Below, in pieces: positions 1 to 5,160 of a stretch of DNA of 5,341 bases; positions within the stretch are counted from its first letter, which is position 1, and every line of letters starts with the position of its first letter. Position numbers and translations under genes: made by a program. The stretch is from Candidatus Woesearchaeota archaeon. Lineage in GTDB: Archaea; Nanobdellota; Nanobdellia; Nanobdellales; CAZNIQ01. The stretch lies in NCBI GenBank assembly GCA_964573185.1, contig CAZNIQ010000031.1, positions 1 to 5,341 of the forward strand, read 5' to 3'. The notes under the pieces were generated by a model, which was not told the origin of the DNA, searched no databases, and saw only the letters and a program-made list of their open reading frames with translations.

Positions 1-54
1 TGATAAACTGAATATTATCATTATTAAACTATGTTTTGCTAATTTTTGTTCCAT
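1..54 (-). CDS. 5' end of a downstream CDS that runs off the window (N-terminus MEQKLAKHSLIMIIFSLS...). Hypothetical; the hydrophobic N-terminus suggests a membrane or secreted protein.
   Basis: On the minus strand, the ATG at 54..52 opens a frame that stays open to position 1 (18 codons). A GGGAG Shine-Dalgarno-like motif lies 6 nt upstream. The start is only 26 nt downstream of the stop of the 942-aa gene on the same strand. The nearby ATG at 58..56 is in a frame that hits TAG after 9 codons. The fragment is too short to assign a family. Confidence 0.45.
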   Translation of the reverse strand, partial: MEQKLAKHSLIMIIFSLS

Positions 55-60
55 ACATTT

Positions 61-65
61 CTCCC
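61..65 (-). promoter_or_regulatory. Shine-Dalgarno-like GGGAG for the downstream partial CDS
   Basis: The minus strand reads AAAAAGGGAGAAATGTATGG. GGGAG occupies 65..61, followed by a 6-nt spacer and the ATG at 54..52. Confidence 0.45.
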
Positions 66-80
66 TTTTTAAAATAAATT

Positions 81-2909
81 TTAGTTATTTATTTTTGATA
101 ATAAGTTATTTAGTTTTTTGTTTAAATTAACTGCCCATTTATCTCTTTTACTTCTTCTCCAATCATAGATTAAATATGTAATACATGCTAAGAATGTTAT
201 TCCAGAGATTGCTAAACCAATTTCAAACCAATCTTGTGGTTTGTATCTGATGACTATTTTTAGATTTCCTGTTTCGTTTATGTAGAAACCGTTTATTATT
301 CCATATAATGGAACTGGTTGAACTTTTTGTATTAATTTTCCATCTTTGTATACCCTTGCCTCCCATAGTGGGTCATAGCTTTCAGCAAAACTTAACATAA
401 AAGGTTTTGTTGTATTTACTTGGACTTCCCATAAGGTTGGGTTGATTTTTTTATAGCTTAGATTGTAATTGTTGGAAATTTTGGTTTTATTTTTATTACT
501 TTGAATATATATTAGCAAAATCTCTTTTTTAATTTCTATATTTTTATATAAGTTTAATGAGTAATTAAGTGAATGGTTATTCCAGTTTTCAAATCCTATT
601 TGAATCCACTTTATTTTTTTTACGTTTATATCTGTTACATCCTTCGTAGATAGATTTATCTCATAAACTTTTGATGTATTTGTAAAATTTCCAACATATA
701 AAGGAGATTGTGATGTCCATATTCCATTTTCATCCATCAAAAATAAATGTATTCCTAAATTATACAATGGCTCATTAGGCTTAATTTTTATCTTAACTAA
801 TGAATTAGTTAAATCAATTGGGTTATAAAGTTCATTTCCTACTTGCCCCAATGAATATTTTTTATGAAGATTGAGATTGACATCTAACCAATTGTTAGAT
901 TGGGATACTAATATTTTATCTTTTTTATAGACCCACGGCCATGTTCCATAACTAAATCTTCCTAAATTTTGATTTGTTATGTCAATTATATAGGTCTCGT
1001 TTTTCTTTGTGAAATTAATTTTATTTATGGAAGATTTTGAATTTACAATTGCAACTTTTCTAATATCAAAAGTATTCATTAATATGAATTTATCATTTGT
1101 TGTTAAATTGCCATTAATATAATAAATTTTACTTGGAATCCATATTAAAGAACTTGAAGCATTAGGTAATTTATATACCGAGTAGTTTTTGCCTTTATAT
1201 ACTAATTTAAACCCTTCTTTCTTTAAATAATCTTCAATTCTTTTTATATCTGCTGTTGGTAATGCTTCTTTTCCTAACCTTGTATCTAATGTTTTATCTA
1301 TTAGAATATACTTTATCCCTAAATTTCTTAATGTTGATACATTCAATTCGAAGAATCTTTTATATAGCATATCATCAACTAATTCTTTACCATACCAATT
1401 TAATGGTGGTTCTCCCCCATATCTATAAATTAATGCACTCCTATCCTTAATAAATGATACAAATATCGGTCTATTAGTGAAGTAATAAGCCCACTTATAA
1501 TAAGGTAACCAAGTTCCGGGCATAATCATTACTTTTCCATAATCATTTTTTATTTGATTATTCAAAAATTCGGAAACTTTATAAGTTTCATCAGGAATTC
1601 CTTTGAAATAGTGGTTGAATAAGGTTCCAGTCCAAATTGGAAATGAAGAGGTCAGTAAAAATGAGATTACAATTAAATAAGGTAGTGTTTTTGTTATTTT
1701 TTGATTATTTGTTAATTTATTTAGTAGGTTTTTATAGCCCAAATAAGCATAAGGGATAAATACCGAGTAGCAAAAGGCAAGAATTGCAACCCATTTGTAG
1801 TTATTTCTAAATGTTCCAAAGAATGATGAATGTGTTATCAGATAAAAATAAATATCTTTTATTATTGAAGTTGGATGATAACCTTGTGCCAATAATAACC
1901 CAAGAAGGAAGAGTATGAAATAAGAGAGAAGTATTATTTTATCCTTTCTGTTATTTGTGATTTTATAATAGATAAATGCACCAAATATTATTAAAGCACT
2001 TAGTATTATTAATACAGGTCTTATTTTCCATAATATATCTGAGAAATAAAATACTTTCATTCCATAGTAGACACTAAATAATTCCCAATATCCTGATAAA
2101 TGAAAGACATTTAGTAATGTTGAAATCCCACTGTAAAACAATTCCATGTGCAATGTTTTAATAAATTGGTTTGTGTAGTATAGTTTATAGATGAATATGG
2201 GCAGAATCCACCAAAAAGACAATAAAAAACTTAAAGAAGCAATTTTTATTCCTTTTATCAGTAGCTCTTTAAAAGACCATTTATTAATAAATTTAAATGT
2301 TAATATCGTCCATACTATTATAATTAGTGATATTATTACCGTTGGAGGATTTGGAGCAAGTCCGAAGAATGAAAGTAGGAATGAAGTTGTTATTAAGTAC
2401 TTTGATTTTTTTAAGGTTATGTATTTAAATGAATAATAGAGTATCCAGGGAGTTAAAAGGTAAGGAATTAATAACATAATATTTCTTGCAATAGAAATGC
2501 AAACAAATAAATTGAATTCATAAAATATTACTGACAAAAATAGAATGGCTACTTCATCCTCTTTTATGAAATAACTCCTAATTAATTTTAAAAAACCCAA
2601 TGCTCCAAAATAAAGAAGTGAAAATTCTATGAGAGGAAATATTATCTTTGGAGGAAGGAAATGAAAAAGCATTGACATGGAGATTATAATTAACCTTCCA
2701 GATTGTATCATTGGAAAATACGAACCTCCAAAGTTTAATTCATCGAATTTATAAATATATGAATTAAATTCGGAATATGGAGACAAAAGCATACTATGAC
2801 AAATATCGTTTATAGAAATGTAATTAATCGTTAGGTAAGAATACAACACAATGATTATAAGATTTACAACAAAAAGAAATATGTCCCACTTTCTTATTTT
2901 ACTACTCAT
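81..2909 (-). CDS. Large polytopic membrane protein (942 aa) with the architecture of a GT-C-fold glycosyltransferase (YfhO / AftD-DUF3367-like layout). Specific family and substrate are unknown.
   Basis: This is a 2.8-kb uninterrupted ORF. The basic N-terminus (MSSKIRKW) is followed by roughly 12 hydrophobic helices over residues ~9-427, with K/R-rich short loops that fit the positive-inside rule. The first predicted external loop (res ~32-72) carries an acidic motif, YKFDELNFGG, where GT-C enzymes place catalytic acids. Residues ~428-893 are non-hydrophobic and rich in beta-strand-like segments. The C-terminal module SYDPLWEARVYKDGKLIQKVQPVPLYGIINGFYINETGNLKIVIRYKPQDW is followed by a TM helix (WFEIGLAISGITFLACITYLIYDW, nt 230..159) and a basic tail (RRSKRDK...). 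From memory this resembles the C-termini of YfhO-like and DUF3367-like proteins. There is no WWDYG motif, so it is not AglB/STT3. The start ATG lies 1 nt after the upstream stop, with GGTGG and GAGAGGA upstream. Confidence 0.8.
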   Translation of the reverse strand: MSSKIRKWDIFLFVVNLIIIVLYSYLTINYISINDICHSMLLSPYSEFNSYIYKFDELNFGGSYFPMIQSGRLIIISMSMLFHFLPPKIIFPLIEFSLLYFGALGFLKLIRSYFIKEDEVAILFLSVIFYEFNLFVCISIARNIMLLIPYLLTPWILYYSFKYITLKKSKYLITTSFLLSFFGLAPNPPTVIISLIIIVWTILTFKFINKWSFKELLIKGIKIASLSFLLSFWWILPIFIYKLYYTNQFIKTLHMELFYSGISTLLNVFHLSGYWELFSVYYGMKVFYFSDILWKIRPVLIILSALIIFGAFIYYKITNNRKDKIILLSYFILFLLGLLLAQGYHPTSIIKDIYFYLITHSSFFGTFRNNYKWVAILAFCYSVFIPYAYLGYKNLLNKLTNNQKITKTLPYLIVISFLLTSSFPIWTGTLFNHYFKGIPDETYKVSEFLNNQIKNDYGKVMIMPGTWLPYYKWAYYFTNRPIFVSFIKDRSALIYRYGGEPPLNWYGKELVDDMLYKRFFELNVSTLRNLGIKYILIDKTLDTRLGKEALPTADIKRIEDYLKKEGFKLVYKGKNYSVYKLPNASSSLIWIPSKIYYINGNLTTNDKFILMNTFDIRKVAIVNSKSSINKINFTKKNETYIIDITNQNLGRFSYGTWPWVYKKDKILVSQSNNWLDVNLNLHKKYSLGQVGNELYNPIDLTNSLVKIKIKPNEPLYNLGIHLFLMDENGIWTSQSPLYVGNFTNTSKVYEINLSTKDVTDINVKKIKWIQIGFENWNNHSLNYSLNLYKNIEIKKEILLIYIQSNKNKTKISNNYNLSYKKINPTLWEVQVNTTKPFMLSFAESYDPLWEARVYKDGKLIQKVQPVPLYGIINGFYINETGNLKIVIRYKPQDWFEIGLAISGITFLACITYLIYDWRRSKRDKWAVNLNKKLNNLLSKINN

Positions 2910-2910
2910 C

Positions 2911-4038
2911 TTACCACCATCCTCTCAATAACCCGAAATTCATAATCCAACTTGGTTGGGCTTCACATGGCGTCCAACAGTTCGGGCATTTACCATTTTT
3001 TATTAATTTTCTAACTTCTCTTGCTTTTTTACCCCACCAAATTTCTTTAAACGAGTTTTCCTTTAAACTTCCCATTTTAAAATTCCACTGTGTGCATGGA
3101 TAAACATTACCATAAGGGTCGATATAAGAAGAGTATGTTCCAGAAGAGCAAGGAATTACCATTTTTTTAGGATTATTTGTAAAGTTAAGTATATTCTTTA
3201 AATAGAAGTTATAAAATGTTAATTTTATTTTGTTAAATAAATCTTTTTGTCTTTTTTCTTTTTTTAAAGTGTTTATATAAAATCTAACATCCTTTTCAAT
3301 GTCTTCTTTAAATTGTCCATAAGGATTATTTAATTTATTATTTTCTCTCACATAATAGCCAGTGAAATGCTCAAAGGTAATAGTTATTTTATCAATTGAA
3401 ATTCCATAATTATTTTTAACAAATTTATAAAATTCTTCAAATCTTCCTGCGTTATATTGGGAGATAGTATATGCAAAATGGATATTTAAATTTTTATACT
3501 GCTGTTTTAATTGTTTCAATTCATTAAATAGATATATTGCCTTTTCAAAATTTCCTTCTATCCCTCTAATTTTATCATGAACCTCTGGAATTCCATCTAA
3601 ACTTATACCTATATTTAATATTTTTTTATCAGGTATTTTTTCCAAGATTTCTTTTATTTTTTTATACGAGGTTTTTGGAGAAACAGCATTTGTAGTAAGT
3701 CCTCCTGCGAATATTGATGTATTAATATATGCATAAGTTATTATATCTACGACATCTTTTTTTAATAATGCCTCCCCTCCCGTAAATTCTACCCAACATA
3801 AGTTATCTCCTATCTCATCAAATAATCTTTTCCATTCATAAAATCTAAGTTCTTCTTTATATTTATCAGGATTTTCTTTATAAATTTTCCAAATTTCACA
3901 TGTCTTACACTTAGAATTACATAAAAAAGTTAGTGCTAATGTTAGTTTTATTGGTAATGGCTTATTGTATATAATATTATTTTTTTTAGAATTTAGTATA
4001 TTACTGATAAATTCCACATGCACCACCTTTATAACCAT
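2911..4038 (-). CDS. Radical SAM enzyme with a SPASM/twitch-like C-terminal auxiliary Fe-S domain (375 aa as drawn; possibly 368 aa if the start is the GTG at 4017)
   Basis: The canonical radical SAM cluster motif C40-x3-C44-x2-C47 (LCNSKCKTCEIW) lies at nt 3921..3898. A GGE SAM-binding motif (EFTGGEALL, res 87-89) follows. A further segment, LNIGISLDG...HD..RG, resembles radical SAM TIM-barrel core strands. The C-terminus reads C297-x12-G-x4-C315 and then C351-x2-C354-x3-C358 (CSSGTYSSYIDPYGNVYPC...CPNCWTPC), at nt 3150..2965. That matches the front half of the SPASM signature with a shortened cysteine cluster. Only about 39 residues precede the first cluster, so there is no room for an N-terminal RRE/peptide-binding domain. 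Confidence 0.85.
   Translation of the reverse strand: MVIKVVHVEFISNILNSKKNNIIYNKPLPIKLTLALTFLCNSKCKTCEIWKIYKENPDKYKEELRFYEWKRLFDEIGDNLCWVEFTGGEALLKKDVVDIITYAYINTSIFAGGLTTNAVSPKTSYKKIKEILEKIPDKKILNIGISLDGIPEVHDKIRGIEGNFEKAIYLFNELKQLKQQYKNLNIHFAYTISQYNAGRFEEFYKFVKNNYGISIDKITITFEHFTGYYVRENNKLNNPYGQFKEDIEKDVRFYINTLKKEKRQKDLFNKIKLTFYNFYLKNILNFTNNPKKMVIPCSSGTYSSYIDPYGNVYPCTQWNFKMGSLKENSFKEIWWGKKAREVRKLIKNGKCPNCWTPCEAQPSWIMNFGLLRGWW
2913..2926 (-). promoter_or_regulatory. Shine-Dalgarno-like tract (GAGAGGATGGTGGT) for the 942-aa gene, embedded in the 3' end of the radical SAM gene
   Basis: The minus strand reads TTGAGAGGATGGTGGTAAGATGAGT. GGTGG ends 4 nt before the ATG (2909..2907) and GAGAGGA ends 10 nt before it. 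The tract overlaps the last codons and the TAA stop (2913..2911) of the upstream gene, which is a translational-coupling geometry. Confidence 0.5.
4021..4029 (-). promoter_or_regulatory. Strong Shine-Dalgarno-like AAGGTGGTG immediately after the GT9 stop codon. It would serve an alternative in-frame GTG start (4017..4015) of the radical SAM gene.
   Basis: The minus strand reads GAATGGTTATAAAGGTGGTGCATGTGGAA. In the GT9 frame this is E W L TAA, followed by AGGTGGTG, CAT, then GTG. In contrast, the ATG at 4038..4036 is preceded by AAAAAAGTATTAGA with no purine-rich SD. Confidence 0.45.
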
Positions 4039-5117
4039 TCTAATACTTTTTTGACATCAATATTTTCCATACATGGGAATACCTCACTATCTTCCTCATA
4101 TTCTGGATGAATACATTTAAATTCTCTCATAGTATAACTTGTATAACACGGAGAGCAGTTTAAACCAGAAGTAATTACTTTATATTCAGTATTCCAAGGA
4201 TGAACTTTTCTTGTATCTGTATTACCAAAGAAACATATTATTTCTTTTCCAAGAGCAGCGGATATGTGCATTATACCAGAATCAGTTGTAACGACCTTTT
4301 TACATCTTTTAATGATTGAAGCAACTTCCCTTATTCTAAAACCTTCAACAAGATAAATTTTTTTGTTTATCAATGGTTTAAAATTCTCTAACAAAAATTT
4401 TTTCACATATTTTTCCTCAGGTCCTATATTAAATAAAATTTGATAATCATTACTTATTATTAAATTGATGAGTTCTTTTAATTTATTTAATGGCAATCTT
4501 CTTTTTTCACTACCTTTTTTAACTCTTGAGCTTCCATTATGGATGAAAATTGCCTTATCATAATCAATACCATTTTCTTCAAAAAATATCTTGCCTTTTT
4601 CTTCATCTTCATCAGTTAAATACAACTCTAAATTCATTTTTTTAATTTCATTTTCGCTAACAACAATATCAAGAGGTATCAACAAATTTACATTATTTAT
4701 CACGTTATGTTTATTCTCCTCAGCATCAATTAAATCAGTATTCAAAAAATGAAATTCTTTAAAATATCCTTTTTTAAACTTATGTGCTATTCTTCTTTTA
4801 GCTCCAATTAAGTAACCAACAATATGATAATGCTTTGGGTAGGAAGGATATACTGTAATTGAAACATCGTATTTTCCTTTAAAATTTTTTAATAAATATT
4901 TTATAGAACCAAAATAACCTGCTCCAAAGAAATTAAAATAATAAACATTTTCTAAATTTGGATTTGTTTCTAAGATTTCATAAGTTGCCTTTTGCATAGT
5001 TAGTACTTCAATTTTTGCGTCTTTAAAATTTTCTCTAAGTGATTTAATCATTGGTGTAGCCATTAAAGCATCTCCTAGCCCGGGTAACGCAATGACTAAT
5101 ATTTTTATATAAACCAC
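4029..5117 (-). CDS. Glycosyltransferase family 9 (ADP-heptose:LPS heptosyltransferase-like, GT-B fold), 362 aa
   Basis: The N-terminal signature KILVIALPGLGDALMATPMIKSLRENFKDAKIEVL (nt ~5096..5028) matches the GT9 pattern (kIlvir...lGDvv...P...aLr..yP.a.i..l). The segment NKHNVINNVNLLIPLDI resembles the h.ver.l.ll..lg element. The C-terminal nucleotide-sugar-binding signature is TTDSGIMHISAALGKEIICFFGNTDTRKVHPW (nt 4289..4215). The tail CSPC...C...C...V is typical of the family. The size is typical for GT9. The start as drawn is a GTG. Confidence 0.8.
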   Translation of the reverse strand: MVYIKILVIALPGLGDALMATPMIKSLRENFKDAKIEVLTMQKATYEILETNPNLENVYYFNFFGAGYFGSIKYLLKNFKGKYDVSITVYPSYPKHYHIVGYLIGAKRRIAHKFKKGYFKEFHFLNTDLIDAEENKHNVINNVNLLIPLDIVVSENEIKKMNLELYLTDEDEEKGKIFFEENGIDYDKAIFIHNGSSRVKKGSEKRRLPLNKLKELINLIISNDYQILFNIGPEEKYVKKFLLENFKPLINKKIYLVEGFRIREVASIIKRCKKVVTTDSGIMHISAALGKEIICFFGNTDTRKVHPWNTEYKVITSGLNCSPCYTSYTMREFKCIHPEYEEDSEVFPCMENIDVKKVLEWL

Positions 5118-5135
5118 CCCTACAATATAATTGTC

Positions 5136-5150
5136 TTTTATAAATTTACT
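5136..5150 (-). promoter_or_regulatory. Possible archaeal-type BRE/TATA promoter element (AGTAAA-TTTATAAAA) upstream of the GT9 gene. Speculative.
   Basis: The minus strand reads AGTAAA at 5150..5145 (fits the BRE-like RNWAAW) followed by TTTATAAAA at 5144..5136 (TATA-box-like). The TATA centre is about 23 nt upstream of the GTG at 5117, which would place a transcription start at or next to the start codon. AT-rich DNA produces such matches by chance, and the host domain is unknown. Confidence 0.2.
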
Positions 5151-5160
5151 GACTATGTGA

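Noticed and set aside
28-58. ATG at 58..56 as the start of the downstream gene
   Set aside because: That frame reads MYGTKISKT and then hits TAG. The ATG at 54..52 is better spaced from GGGAG, and its frame stays open to the window edge.
614-621. Homopolymeric T8/A8 tracts inside coding regions (here, at 3980..3987, and several 7-mers) as slipped-strand phase-variation switches
   Set aside because: They encode Lys-Lys/Asn (AAA AAA) runs, which are expected in an AT-rich, lysine-rich genome. The tracts are short, and none is a long poly-G/C tract of the kind typical of contingency loci.
1256-1450. 64-aa plus-strand ORF (MVMLLFLTLYLMFYLL...)
   Set aside because: It lies entirely antisense to the 942-aa gene. 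Its Leu/Phe/Tyr-rich, low-complexity translation is what an AT-rich antisense frame produces. It has no SD-like motif and no recognisable domain.
2191-2436. 81-aa plus-strand ORF (MNMGRIHQKDNKKLKEA...)
   Set aside because: It lies antisense to the TM-helix region of the 942-aa gene. It has no ribosome-binding site or motif, so it is most likely a chance open frame.
81-2909. The 942-aa protein as the archaeal/bacterial oligosaccharyltransferase (AglB/PglB/STT3)
   Set aside because: Size and topology are similar, but the diagnostic WWDYG motif is absent; the only WW is in SFWWILPIF inside a TM helix. The C-terminal TM anchor is also not an STT3 feature.
4071-4157. Four-cysteine cluster in the GT9 C-terminus (CSPC...C...C) as a novel metal site
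   Set aside because: As I recall, a C-x-P-C ... C ... C pattern near the C-terminus is a common feature of heptosyltransferase-family proteins, so it supports the family call rather than indicating novelty.
5122-5134. Inverted repeat ACAAT-ATA-ATTGT as a terminator or riboswitch element
   Set aside because: A 5-bp all-A/T-rich stem is too weak for a terminator and is expected by chance in this composition. I kept it only as a minor note under the promoter finding.
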